Shown: piece by piece, positions 54,447 through 64,000 of the stretch
Layout: each line of letters opens with the position of its first letter
Position numbering within the stretch: position 1 is the stretch's first letter
NCBI GenBank assembly: GCA_041662665.1
Contig: JBAZSC010000001.1
Location: 513,511-577,510, forward strand
DNA from: Patescibacteria group bacterium
GTDB lineage: Bacteria > Patescibacteriota > JABMPQ01 > JAQVVF01
Length of the DNA stretch: 64,000 bases
Direction of reading: 5' to 3'
The notes under the pieces: model-generated
The model's database searches: none
Seen by the model: the letters and a program-made list of their open reading frames with translations, nothing else
What the model was told of the DNA's origin: nothing
Program-made: the position numbers and the translations under genes

Positions 54447-56993
54447 ATGTTTGATAAAATAAAAAACAACAAATTAATATCTATTTTCAAACGAGAAAGT
54501 GTTTTGGTTGTTGTATTCGCATTTATCGCAATTTTTTTATTTTTAAGTAGGGTATTGTTTAAAGAGGGTTTTCTGTCATTTTCGGATTATCTGCATTTTT
54601 TTAATCTTGAAAAATTAAACTTATTTTTTTCCGTCTGGAAAGAAGATAATAGCGGCTTTTTAGCAATTACGGAAAATATTTTATTATTACCGTTATTAAT
54701 TCCGATGTACTGCCTCAGTTTTTTTGTTCAGCCGATAGTTATAGATAAATTTATATCATTTATATCATTTTTTATCGTTATTTTATCAAGTTATTACTTC
54801 TGCAAAAGTTACATTAAAAAATATAGTATACTAGGAACCCTATTGATTGTGTTTTCTTTTTTCTTCATAGCCTCATTATCATTTGGTTGGACTCTTATTG
54901 GCTTCATACCATTCTCAGGCAGTATTCTGATGGTTGCTTTTTTTCATCGTTTTAACGAAACTAATCAAAAGAAATATTTGGTTTTTTCGATTATTAGTGC
55001 TTTGTATTCATTTGTTTTAATTCAATATTTTGCTTTGAGCTTGTTTTTTATCTTTACTGAATTACTATTTTACCAAAACAAGAAAAAAGTTATTAAAAAT
55101 ATTATCATTTTTTTAATTGCATCCATATTGATGAATGCTTATTTTATTATACCTTTTTTTATTAGTTCAAAACTTTATAAATTTAATCATTATAAATATG
55201 TTGACCCATTCGCATCAATAGAAATTGTAAAAAGGTCGAATTCTTTTTCCAAAACCCTAGCTTTCCAAAACAGCGGACCTGGAGGCAAAGATCTTTCCGC
55301 ATTTTTTTCATCTAACTATGTAAAAATTCCTTCTCTTATTCTATTAATAATGGTCTTATTGCTATTAATCAAAAAAAACAGACCAGACAAAACCAGTGCA
55401 TACAGTCTATTAATGGTGATATTTTTAACGCTTGGATTAGGAGGATATAGTATTATCTACGTCTTGCTTTTTAAATATTTTCCGATGTTCTTCATTTTTA
55501 GGGATGTTTTTAAATTTACTCCATTTGCACTATTGGCTTTTGTTGTTCTATTTTTGTTGCTTTTAAAAGATAATAAAAAAATTCCGATATATGTTATTGC
55601 AGGAGTTATGCTGTATCTGATCGTTGCATGTCCGTTGTTGACCGGAAATTTGATGGGCAATATTAAACCTTATGTTTTGCCAAATGAATATTACGATATT
55701 TCAGAAGATTTAAATTCAAAAAAAATAGAATCAAATGTTTTAATTTTTCCTTTCGCATACCTTTTTTCCGAATTTAGTTGGAATAAAGGATCATACCAAA
55801 TGGCAAATCCATTAAAAATGCTAATCATGAAGCCTGTCATTTTTGATGAATTTTTTAATAATAATTTGAATATTTTACAAAAGAAATATATTGAAAATTT
55901 TACTTTTGATAATAATTTTGATAATAAGTTTGCATCTTTAAATAGTGTAAAATATATCGTATTTCAAAAAGATCAGCTCAACACTTTTTCAAGAAATTAC
56001 AGTCTAACGCAAAAAAATATCAACAATTATTCCAACCCAAATTTTATCGAAGGTCAAAACACAAAATATCTCGAACTTTATACTCTAAAACAAACTCTGC
56101 CTATAATTTTTACGCCTCAAAAAATTTCTATCGAGCAAGGCGATTTTAAGCTTGCAAGCATAGATATTTTAAATACTGTTTACTATAAATCGCAAGAAGA
56201 TAATTCTATTCTAGAAAAAGTACAGAACTCTCTTTTGCAAAATTCGCAAAAACCGATTATAGAATTTAAGAAAATTAATACAACTAAATATAGAATCTTT
56301 CTTCATAATGTAAAAAATACAACACCTCTTGTTTATAATTCAACCTTTCATAATGGCTGGAAAATATATTTAACTAAAAACAATTCAAAAATTTTGCCAG
56401 AGAAGGAAAAAATAAATGAACTCTATAAAATTATTGAAAATAATGAACAGGAACAAGCAACAAAAGAAGAAGTAACTTCATATGTCAATAGCGGTTTGAT
56501 TACAGCAATAGGTGATCTTAAAGAAAAAGAGATTAAGCACAAAAAATGGTTCAAAGGCAGGACTAGTATAGATCATATTGAAAAATATAATATTGATTTT
56601 ATTTCAAAAAATAATAACGGAACAATTCAAAACAACAACTTAGATGATGGAAAATTATATGAAACGTGGTTCGCACTCAAAAAAAATGGAAATAACTTGT
56701 TTGGACTAAATAAAAATGTTGTTGAATTAGCAGACGTAAAACATTTGATCGCAAACGAATATGCAAACAGCTGGATTGTTGATCCTCAAGAGATTTGTAA
56801 AAATAATAATTTCTGTCGTAAAAATAGCGATGGAAGCTATGATCTCGAACTAGTAATTGAACTTTGGCCACAAAGATTATTTTATATTGGATTAATAATT
56901 ACAGTTGCAACCATTTTTGTACTATTTTGCTATTTAATTTTTATTTTATTCAAAAATAAATCAACCCAAAAAATTGCTCAAGGAACCAAATAA
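54447..56993 (+). CDS. Multi-TM membrane protein, GT-C-like (AftD/YfhO type), with extracellular domain
   Basis: About 12 TMs, FRDVFKF motif, soluble domain, HLIANEYANSW...WPQRLFYIG C-terminal anchor. Confidence 0.7.
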   Translation: MFDKIKNNKLISIFKRESVLVVVFAFIAIFLFLSRVLFKEGFLSFSDYLHFFNLEKLNLFFSVWKEDNSGFLAITENILLLPLLIPMYCLSFFVQPIVIDKFISFISFFIVILSSYYFCKSYIKKYSILGTLLIVFSFFFIASLSFGWTLIGFIPFSGSILMVAFFHRFNETNQKKYLVFSIISALYSFVLIQYFALSLFFIFTELLFYQNKKKVIKNIIIFLIASILMNAYFIIPFFISSKLYKFNHYKYVDPFASIEIVKRSNSFSKTLAFQNSGPGGKDLSAFFSSNYVKIPSLILLIMVLLLLIKKNRPDKTSAYSLLMVIFLTLGLGGYSIIYVLLFKYFPMFFIFRDVFKFTPFALLAFVVLFLLLLKDNKKIPIYVIAGVMLYLIVACPLLTGNLMGNIKPYVLPNEYYDISEDLNSKKIESNVLIFPFAYLFSEFSWNKGSYQMANPLKMLIMKPVIFDEFFNNNLNILQKKYIENFTFDNNFDNKFASLNSVKYIVFQKDQLNTFSRNYSLTQKNINNYSNPNFIEGQNTKYLELYTLKQTLPIIFTPQKISIEQGDFKLASIDILNTVYYKSQEDNSILEKVQNSLLQNSQKPIIEFKKINTTKYRIFLHNVKNTTPLVYNSTFHNGWKIYLTKNNSKILPEKEKINELYKIIENNEQEQATKEEVTSYVNSGLITAIGDLKEKEIKHKKWFKGRTSIDHIEKYNIDFISKNNNGTIQNNNLDDGKLYETWFALKKNGNNLFGLNKNVVELADVKHLIANEYANSWIVDPQEICKNNNFCRKNSDGSYDLELVIELWPQRLFYIGLIITVATIFVLFCYLIFILFKNKSTQKIAQGTK

Positions 56994-58704
56994 TAACGTA
57001 AAAAAAATAGGTATAATAGAAATCTGTATATTCTTTCTCTTTATAATTATAAGTATCTTTTTTTATCCTGCAATCTTACATCCTAATACCCAAATTTCAG
57101 GTCAAGGCGGGGGAGATGATTATGGGACAATATATAATTTTTGGTGGAATAAATATTCAAAAGATAATAATCTAAATCTTTATAATAATCAGCTTTTGAA
57201 TTATCCATATGGAAATAATTTTTATCAAAATCTTCAACCTTTTTGGAATTTTATAATTAATAATATTCTACTAAATTTTTGTTCTGATATTTGTAGCTAT
57301 AACATTATAAATTGGATAAGTTTTCCATTGTCAGCAATCGCTATGTACTTTCTTGCTTTTTATTTAACTAAAAACAGATTTATCAGTCTATTAGCTGGTT
57401 TAATGTACGCTTTTACACCATATCATTTTATACGAACAACAGGGCACATTTTTTTAGCTCAAATTGAATGGATTCCATTATATGTATTATATCTTTTGAA
57501 AACATTTAATAATCCAAACTATAAAAATTCAATCTTAGCTGGATCTTTTTTGGCGTTAGTATTTTTATCAGATCCTTATTATGCTTTATTTGTAGTTTTT
57601 TTTACAATCATGTTTTGGATTATAAAACTATTTTTTGGTTATAAACAAGCAGTGCTTAAATATTTTTTTATAATAACTGTTCTTGCATTTTCTTTATCTG
57701 CAATCTTTTATTTACCAGCATATTTTCAATCAAAGAAAACTTCAAATCTCGTTGCACCTCGCGCTACAGAAGAATTATATAGATGGGGATTGAATCAAGT
57801 AAAATATTATTTTATTCCATCTCAGTATAACTATTTGCTTGGTAATTTTTGGAATAAAATTTTTTATAAAAACCAAGGCATGCCAGATTTTGAGTGGCTA
57901 GTTTATCTGGGTATACCAGCGATAATTTTTGCAATTTATTGTCTATACCAATGCTTTAAAGGTAAATTTGAAAAAGATAAAAAATCGATTATTGTAATTT
58001 TTTTAGCTTTAGCTATTTTTAGTATTATATTCTCTCTAAGACCACCACTTTCGCCAACTCTTTGGATTCACAAGATCTTGCCAGTCTTTCGAGTTTATTC
58101 TAGAATGTTTGTCTTCGTTGATCTTTCTATTATCATACTTGCAATTTATGGATTACAGTATTTCCTAAATGTTCTAGCAAATAACAAGTTTCTAGCCAAG
58201 CATTTTTCAAGTTCTCAAATAAAAATATTTATTCTCGCTTTTATATTTTTGATTATATCAGTCGATTTTTTACCTTCTTTTGAAACAAAAAATATTGGTA
58301 ATGTTCCAGAAGAATATTTATGGTTAAAAAACCAGCCCCAAAATACTGTTATTGCAGAATATCCATATACGAATCGCAACTTCACACCAACGCAAACATA
58401 TATGTTTTGGCAAAGAATTCACCAACACCCAATTATAAATGGACAACCAGAACCGGATCCAACAGGAAAAGAAAGAATTCGATTACAAATATTTGATATT
58501 ACGAATAATTCAACTCCAATCGCTCTAAAGAAAATGGGTGCAAAATACATTTTTCTGCATAAAGACTATTATAATAAACCTGATCTTAAAGATAATCCTG
58601 TTTTGCCAGAAAAAATACTTAATATTACTGATTTTGAAAATATTAATCCAAATCTAAAATTAGTTAACGTTATCAATCAAACATACATTTATGAAATAAA
58701 ATAG
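56974..58704 (+). CDS. YfhO-like / GT-C membrane glycosyltransferase
   Basis: GDDYGTIYNFWW, YAFTPYH, FRVYSRM, WQRIHQHPIING motifs; exact start uncertain (TTG). Confidence 0.75.
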   Translation: MLKEPNNNVKKIGIIEICIFFLFIIISIFFYPAILHPNTQISGQGGGDDYGTIYNFWWNKYSKDNNLNLYNNQLLNYPYGNNFYQNLQPFWNFIINNILLNFCSDICSYNIINWISFPLSAIAMYFLAFYLTKNRFISLLAGLMYAFTPYHFIRTTGHIFLAQIEWIPLYVLYLLKTFNNPNYKNSILAGSFLALVFLSDPYYALFVVFFTIMFWIIKLFFGYKQAVLKYFFIITVLAFSLSAIFYLPAYFQSKKTSNLVAPRATEELYRWGLNQVKYYFIPSQYNYLLGNFWNKIFYKNQGMPDFEWLVYLGIPAIIFAIYCLYQCFKGKFEKDKKSIIVIFLALAIFSIIFSLRPPLSPTLWIHKILPVFRVYSRMFVFVDLSIIILAIYGLQYFLNVLANNKFLAKHFSSSQIKIFILAFIFLIISVDFLPSFETKNIGNVPEEYLWLKNQPQNTVIAEYPYTNRNFTPTQTYMFWQRIHQHPIINGQPEPDPTGKERIRLQIFDITNNSTPIALKKMGAKYIFLHKDYYNKPDLKDNPVLPEKILNITDFENINPNLKLVNVINQTYIYEIK

Positions 58705-58741
58705 CTTTGTATTTTTAATTACTTTTTGATAAAATGTCAAT

Positions 58742-59350
58742 ATGATAGCAGTTCGTAAAATTATCTTTGTTTTCACATTAATTTTAATACCCATTTTTTT
58801 CACCCTAATTATTTTGAGGTTGCTTTTTAATACCCAGTTTAATTATTACTCATACTTAGATTATTCAATTCTTTTGGCAATTATATTAGATGTTATAATT
58901 TTGAATCGCGTATCCAGCAAAAATGGATTTAAAAGAGAAAAATCTATGCTGATTTTTTTAATTAGTTTCTTAAGCATTGATTTAATTTGGCTGATAGAAA
59001 AAAGAATTACTATCCCAATAAGTGTTTATCAAGAATCTATGCTATTTCCATTTAGAATTATCGCCTTTTTGATTCTTATTGGTGTATTTTTTTTAGCACT
59101 CAACAAACAGCCACTTGGAATTAAGTTAAAAATACTACTTCTCAAATTAATAGATCCGCGTTCGATCATTTTTCTTGCAATTATCTTTTTATCAATATGT
59201 TGTTTTTTTCTTTTTTTCAAAGCTGATCCAATTGCAGAAAAAGCTGCAAACGTCGCTTATTTATTGCTTGTCATTGGAGCAATTGGTTTATTCATACAGT
59301 ATTTAATCAATTTGAGAAGAGAAAGAAAAAATAAGTTGCCAAAAATATGA
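58742..59350 (+). CDS. Hypothetical membrane protein
   Basis: About 6 TMs; AEKAANVAYLLLVIG C-terminal motif. Confidence 0.75.
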   Translation: MIAVRKIIFVFTLILIPIFFTLIILRLLFNTQFNYYSYLDYSILLAIILDVIILNRVSSKNGFKREKSMLIFLISFLSIDLIWLIEKRITIPISVYQESMLFPFRIIAFLILIGVFFLALNKQPLGIKLKILLLKLIDPRSIIFLAIIFLSICCFFLFFKADPIAEKAANVAYLLLVIGAIGLFIQYLINLRRERKNKLPKI

Positions 59351-62300
59351 ATAATATCCTAACATTTTTTAAAACAAAGCAAAAACTAAAAATTTTTGTT
59401 ATCTATTTTATTTTTGGAATAATAGTTACGCTTCCGGCAATTTTTTTAATACCAAGTCATCTTGCGATTGACCCTAGCTTATCAGCTGAAAATGCACGAT
59501 ATTTTGATCTAATTAATAATTTTGACAATAAATTCACTAATCGATCAGTCATGACTGTTATATTTGAAATTTTTAATCCTTTATTTTTAGGATATCTTTT
59601 ACATTTAGTGCTTTTCGAACCATTGGCATTTAATATTTTTTGGCTATTATTCTTTCCATTTGGAGCTTTTGGCGGTTTTTTACTTCTCGAAAAAATATTT
59701 AAAAAAGAAATTAATATCTTAAGTATCATTTTTGGTGGAATAATATTTGGGTTGCTCTCCTTGATTTTTTTTCCAGTAGTCTTAGTCCTTTATTTCATTT
59801 TCTTTCTCTTAAAATTTCTTGATAACCCAAGTCCAATCTCTGCATTACTTACTTTACTCTCTTATATTTTTATTGTTGGTTTTAATCTATTTTTTGCGAT
59901 TTGTACGCTTCTATTAACGATTATAATTATTACTTTTAGACTTGTGCCAGTTTTCAAAGATCTTCTTAAGAAGGAAAATATCTATAACCTATACAAAATT
60001 GCAATTTTATTTTTAATGCTCATATTTATTTTTGGATTAAAATATTATTTCTTATTTCATAAAATCGAACCGTTCGGACTAGAAAATCAGTATTTCCTAT
60101 ATAATTCTTTTTCTTTAACTGATGCTTTTAAAAACGTTATTCCTTTTTTTCAAAGCTTTGCTATTATATCAATCGTCGGAATAGCCGTATTGTTATTAAT
60201 AATTTTGTTATTAGTATCATCTTCTTTTACCTTCAAAAAAAATAGGTGGGTAGCCCTTTCATTTTTCCTTTCAATTCTTTTCTTTGTTTTTTCATTAGGA
60301 CCATATCTAAAAACCAGCGGTCAGATTTTCGATACACAAATTCCATTACCTTATATATTTCTGTATCGCTTTTTTCCATATTTCAATCAAACAGTTGATT
60401 TGCGAGAATTTCTTATTTTTGCACTTATATTTTTTATAATCGTTTTGACAGCAGGGTTAAACTATTTTTTCCTAAAATTTAAACTTAATCCAAATAGAAG
60501 CATATTAATTACGAGCATTTTAGTTGCACTTATTTTTACACTTAGTTGGATTGCTTGGAAACCAAGTGAGAAAATTCCAGAATTTTACAAAAAGTTATCA
60601 CCGAATGAAGTTATGGTTTATCTAACTTTTTTATCGAAACAACCATCTTCATTTCTCTACAATAAATCAGATACTAAAAATAATGTAATTCTAAATCAAA
60701 GTTTGTTTTTTGAAAATAGAAAAAATATTGACCTCGATCCAATAGTAAACAATTTAACCGGCAAAAGCGATCAAATTTATTTTATAAAAGAAGATTCTGA
60801 TCAAATTATTAATTATTTTAGAGATAAAAATGTCAAATATCTAGTAATAGATTCACAATTACTAGAAAAACAGAGAGAAAATTCCGATGGTATCATCAAT
60901 TTCAGAAAAATAGTTAATTTTGTAAAAAATAATGCAGTCGGAACAGGACAATTAGTAGGCGATAAACTAATCTACAGAATAAGTAATAAAAATACACCAA
61001 ATAATTTAATCGTTTACCAAGGAAAGAATTGGTCGTTACCAGATTTTGATCCAACTATTTTCGCAACAAATGGTATAAAAACATTTAATAAAGAGAGGTG
61101 GATGTTAAACGATTCTACTTTTATTATTCAAAATATTTCTACTCAAACAACAGACGCTGAGTTATACTTTGAAGCGAAAACAGAAGCTGAACTAAGAAAT
61201 ATTTATGTAACGTTAAACAATGAAAATGTAGATAAGCTAATTATTAGCCCAAACAAAAAAGCATTCGTTATCATTTTGCACAATTTAAAACAAGGAAAAA
61301 ACATAATTCAATTCCACGTTAAAAAATATTCAGGTGATGAGATTGAAAATATAGATGAATCGAATAAGATAAGAGAATCTGTTCAATTTAACAATGTAAG
61401 AATTAAACAATTCAATGAATCTTCTGTTCTTGATTTTTCAAAAGAACTTGAGCTTGGTGATAATTCAAAGATTATGATGTATCCTGAAATTAACGAATTG
61501 AATAATAAAAACGGTTTCGTTAATGAGTCTGATTTTATTAATGCAAAAGAAATTATTGAAAAACCATCAGTGATTAGCAATATATATTTTAATGATCTGT
61601 TTATACAACCCAATATAAATATTTTAGATAAAAATTATTATTATAAAACTGGACAAGATGCCATTAATAAGTATAATGTAAGATACATTGGAATCTACAA
61701 GAAATGGCTTTCAAAAACAGATTTTACAAATTTAGTGAAATTTATTATTAGTAATACTGGCATAGAAGATATTCAAATTAATAATGATGAACTTATTGTT
61801 TTCAAACTTAAAAATCCGGATAATGATCTGCAACCACTGATTGAATTTGTTAGCAATTGGGATTTAAATTATTGGAACCCGCAACTTAATAATTATTTTA
61901 ATCTAGCGTATAGCGATTCAAAAATAAGCATTATAAATTCTTACGACGCGCCCAGAGACATAAATTTTTCTTTTAAAATTAATGAGACTAATCAAAATCG
62001 GAAATTAAAGATTTATCTCAATGAAGATTGGACGAATGAACAGGAATTGTTTATTATTGATACAAAAAACGACAAAGATAACAATATAGTTTTAAAAAAT
62101 TTAAAACCTGGCAATAACGAAATTACCTTCAAGCTTTTTGATGAAAATAATAATGAAATTTTTAAGGAAAATAATAGTATAGGCACAGCAATATCAAAAT
62201 TTAAAGCTGAAATTGTTGAAATGCCAATTAACGAAGATTTATCGAATAATGAATATTGCGATGCGCTTTCTTCAAGTAAAATAATTAATTTAATTCAAGA

Positions 62301-62856
62301 TAACTTTGAAGATGAAAAACAATCACGAGAAAAATGGCAATTCAGCCCATCAACAATATTTTCACAAAAGGAAAAAATTGAAGGTAAGCAATCAATAAAA
62401 TTTAACAATGAGACAGGTGAATCTACAGGAGAAATAAAATTTGATAATTGCCCAGAAAAAATAACAACCACCTTTATGATTAATCCTAAAAAATTTATTC
62501 CTGGAGCAGATTTATCAATTACATTCACTGATAATAATCCTTATAGTATAACTAATTTTCAGCCATCTAGTCCAAATCGTCTTGTTTTTCTGTCTACAAC
62601 AAAAGCGCTATATCTCTCAAAGGATGGAAAAATATACGAATTCAAGCATAACCTACCTTTGAATGAATGGTCAGAAATTAAATTAGTTTGGACAAAAGAG
62701 GGTAAGCTAGAGTTCTATGAAAATAATGAATTAGTTTTATCCAAAGATGACTATGGCAATAAAACTCCAGTTGGCTTTAAAATTGCACCTGGAGGAGTAA
62801 AACCAAAAGAAAATCTCGATATCTATTTTGATGATTTTAAGCTAAATTTTGAATGA
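59347..62856 (+). CDS. Large membrane protein: degenerate GT-C-like TM domain plus repeated extracellular beta domains
   Basis: SLGPYL...LPYIFLY TM region; duplicated ...LK(Q/P)G.N.I.F modules; lectin-like C-terminus. Confidence 0.7.
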   Translation: MNNILTFFKTKQKLKIFVIYFIFGIIVTLPAIFLIPSHLAIDPSLSAENARYFDLINNFDNKFTNRSVMTVIFEIFNPLFLGYLLHLVLFEPLAFNIFWLLFFPFGAFGGFLLLEKIFKKEINILSIIFGGIIFGLLSLIFFPVVLVLYFIFFLLKFLDNPSPISALLTLLSYIFIVGFNLFFAICTLLLTIIIITFRLVPVFKDLLKKENIYNLYKIAILFLMLIFIFGLKYYFLFHKIEPFGLENQYFLYNSFSLTDAFKNVIPFFQSFAIISIVGIAVLLLIILLLVSSSFTFKKNRWVALSFFLSILFFVFSLGPYLKTSGQIFDTQIPLPYIFLYRFFPYFNQTVDLREFLIFALIFFIIVLTAGLNYFFLKFKLNPNRSILITSILVALIFTLSWIAWKPSEKIPEFYKKLSPNEVMVYLTFLSKQPSSFLYNKSDTKNNVILNQSLFFENRKNIDLDPIVNNLTGKSDQIYFIKEDSDQIINYFRDKNVKYLVIDSQLLEKQRENSDGIINFRKIVNFVKNNAVGTGQLVGDKLIYRISNKNTPNNLIVYQGKNWSLPDFDPTIFATNGIKTFNKERWMLNDSTFIIQNISTQTTDAELYFEAKTEAELRNIYVTLNNENVDKLIISPNKKAFVIILHNLKQGKNIIQFHVKKYSGDEIENIDESNKIRESVQFNNVRIKQFNESSVLDFSKELELGDNSKIMMYPEINELNNKNGFVNESDFINAKEIIEKPSVISNIYFNDLFIQPNINILDKNYYYKTGQDAINKYNVRYIGIYKKWLSKTDFTNLVKFIISNTGIEDIQINNDELIVFKLKNPDNDLQPLIEFVSNWDLNYWNPQLNNYFNLAYSDSKISIINSYDAPRDINFSFKINETNQNRKLKIYLNEDWTNEQELFIIDTKNDKDNNIVLKNLKPGNNEITFKLFDENNNEIFKENNSIGTAISKFKAEIVEMPINEDLSNNEYCDALSSSKIINLIQDNFEDEKQSREKWQFSPSTIFSQKEKIEGKQSIKFNNETGESTGEIKFDNCPEKITTTFMINPKKFIPGADLSITFTDNNPYSITNFQPSSPNRLVFLSTTKALYLSKDGKIYEFKHNLPLNEWSEIKLVWTKEGKLEFYENNELVLSKDDYGNKTPVGFKIAPGGVKPKENLDIYFDDFKLNFE

Positions 62857-63785
62857 CACAGGCAAATAATATTACAACAAAAAAAATAACAATAGTTATA
62901 CCTTGCTATAATGAAGAAAAAACAATTAGCAAGGTTATTAATGATTTTAAAAAAGAATTGCCAAATGTGGAAATAATAGTTATAGACAATAATTCTAATG
63001 ACAATTCTGTTAAATTGGCAAAAGAGAGTAATGCAATCGTGATGACTGAAGAAAAACAAGGCAAGGGCTATGTTGTTCAAAAAATGTTTGATGAAATCGA
63101 CTCTGATATTTATATTATGGTTGATGGAGATGATACATATTTTGCTGACGATGTACACAAGCTGTTACAACCTGTATTTGATGGGAAAATTGATATGAGT
63201 GTTGGCACAAGGCTGGAACAAGCTACAAAAAAAACACTTCGGCCGTTGCACCAATTTGGCAATAGAGTTATCTTGGAAATTATAAATATTTTTTTTAGAT
63301 GTAATTTTAAAGACATACTTTCAGGTTATCGTGTAATGAATAAAAAATTTGTTAAGAATATCCCAATCCTCGCTAATGGATTTGAGGTCGAAACAGTATT
63401 AACATTACAAGCATTAGAAAAAAACTTAAGTATTAAAGAAATTCCAATAAAGTACAAGGAGAGACCAGAAGGAAGTCACTCTAAACTTAAATCTTTTAGA
63501 GACGGATCTAAAATTCTGTATACAATATTATCGATTTTGCGCGATTATCGACCAATGACTTTTTTTCCATTACTCGCAGGAATTATGATTTTTATAGGCT
63601 TTATAATTGGCGTTGTAATAATTATTGAATATTATCAAACTGGATTTGTTTCAAGACTGCCTTCAGCTGTTTTATCAGTTTCTCTGATAATTTTAGGAGC
63701 AATAACTTTTATTACTGGCTTGGTTGTTGATACTATCAATCGAAGATTCAAAGAGCTTCAGCAACTTAATCAAAGAAGCAAATGA
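62853..63785 (+). CDS. Glycosyltransferase family 2 (Dol-P-Man synthase-like with C-terminal TMs)
   Basis: IPCYNEE, DNNSND, GKG, VDGDDTY, DILSGYR, GFEVET, SKLKSFRDG motifs. Confidence 0.93.
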   Translation: MTQANNITTKKITIVIPCYNEEKTISKVINDFKKELPNVEIIVIDNNSNDNSVKLAKESNAIVMTEEKQGKGYVVQKMFDEIDSDIYIMVDGDDTYFADDVHKLLQPVFDGKIDMSVGTRLEQATKKTLRPLHQFGNRVILEIINIFFRCNFKDILSGYRVMNKKFVKNIPILANGFEVETVLTLQALEKNLSIKEIPIKYKERPEGSHSKLKSFRDGSKILYTILSILRDYRPMTFFPLLAGIMIFIGFIIGVVIIIEYYQTGFVSRLPSAVLSVSLIILGAITFITGLVVDTINRRFKELQQLNQRSK

Positions 63786-64000
63786 AAATAGTTTTTGTTT
63801 CAGATTCAATCTATCCATATTTTAAAGGTGGCAAGGAAAAAAGAATTTACGAAGTGACAACAAGATTAGTGACGCTTGGACACGAAGTCCATATTTTTAC
63901 GATGAAATGGTGGCAAGGGGATAGTGTAATAAAAAAAGATAACATTACCTTACATGGGATTTCAAAGCTTTATCAGCTGTATAATAAAAAGAATAAAAGA
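63782..64000 (+). CDS. Glycosyltransferase family 4, partial, runs off the window end
   Basis: Manual translation MKIVFVSDSIYPYFKGGKEKRIYEVTTRLVTLGHEVHIFTMKWW. Confidence 0.85.
   Translation, partial: MKIVFVSDSIYPYFKGGKEKRIYEVTTRLVTLGHEVHIFTMKWWQGDSVIKKDNITLHGISKLYQLYNKKNKR

Noticed and set aside
1-64000. Diversity-generating retroelement, prophage or integron as explanation for the cassettes
   Set aside because: No reverse transcriptase, TR/VR pair, phage structural genes, integron integrase or repeated attC sites are visible here; trans-acting machinery elsewhere cannot be excluded
1-64000. Alternative genetic code (TGA=Gly as in Gracilibacteria/SR1)
   Set aside because: Long ORFs are intact in code 11 and TGA is used as a stop in ATGA gene overlaps (e.g. 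38153-38156, 40492-40495, 62853-62856)

Overview
A very AT-rich bacterial chromosome segment in genetic code 11, probably Patescibacteria/CPR. That assignment is inference from CPR-type surface and coiled-coil proteins, the lack of Shine-Dalgarno (SD) motifs before core genes, and abundant intergenic short-repeat hairpins. The backbone is a large surface-glycan locus: rfbA/B/C/D, ugd, uxs, a GalE-like SDR, a flippase, an O-antigen ligase/Wzy-type protein, about 10 GT2/GT4 enzymes, GT-C-like membrane proteins, four methyltransferases, two B12-binding radical SAM enzymes and metK, plus tRNA-Lys(TTT) and tRNA-Leu(TAA). The most striking signal is a second class of nine genes in eight self-contained transcription units between 0.4 and 34 kb. 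Each unit has a near-consensus sigma70 promoter in AT-rich DNA, a purine-rich leader with a GGAGG SD (not seen before core genes), higher GC and different codon usage, and an intrinsic terminator. They mostly encode exported, Myxococcota/deltaproteobacterial-style proteins: outer-membrane beta-barrel-like C-termini, lipoproteins, GE repeats, MopE repeats with LamG, PEGA-like domains and a subtilase. Other observations are 155-bp inverted repeats enclosing the tRNA unit, 34-bp inverted repeats enclosing one foreign cassette, a palindromic element inserted in-frame in ugd, GTAG-type REP palindromes, and tandem-repeat hairpins that end at start codons. All GC values and alignments were estimated by hand.
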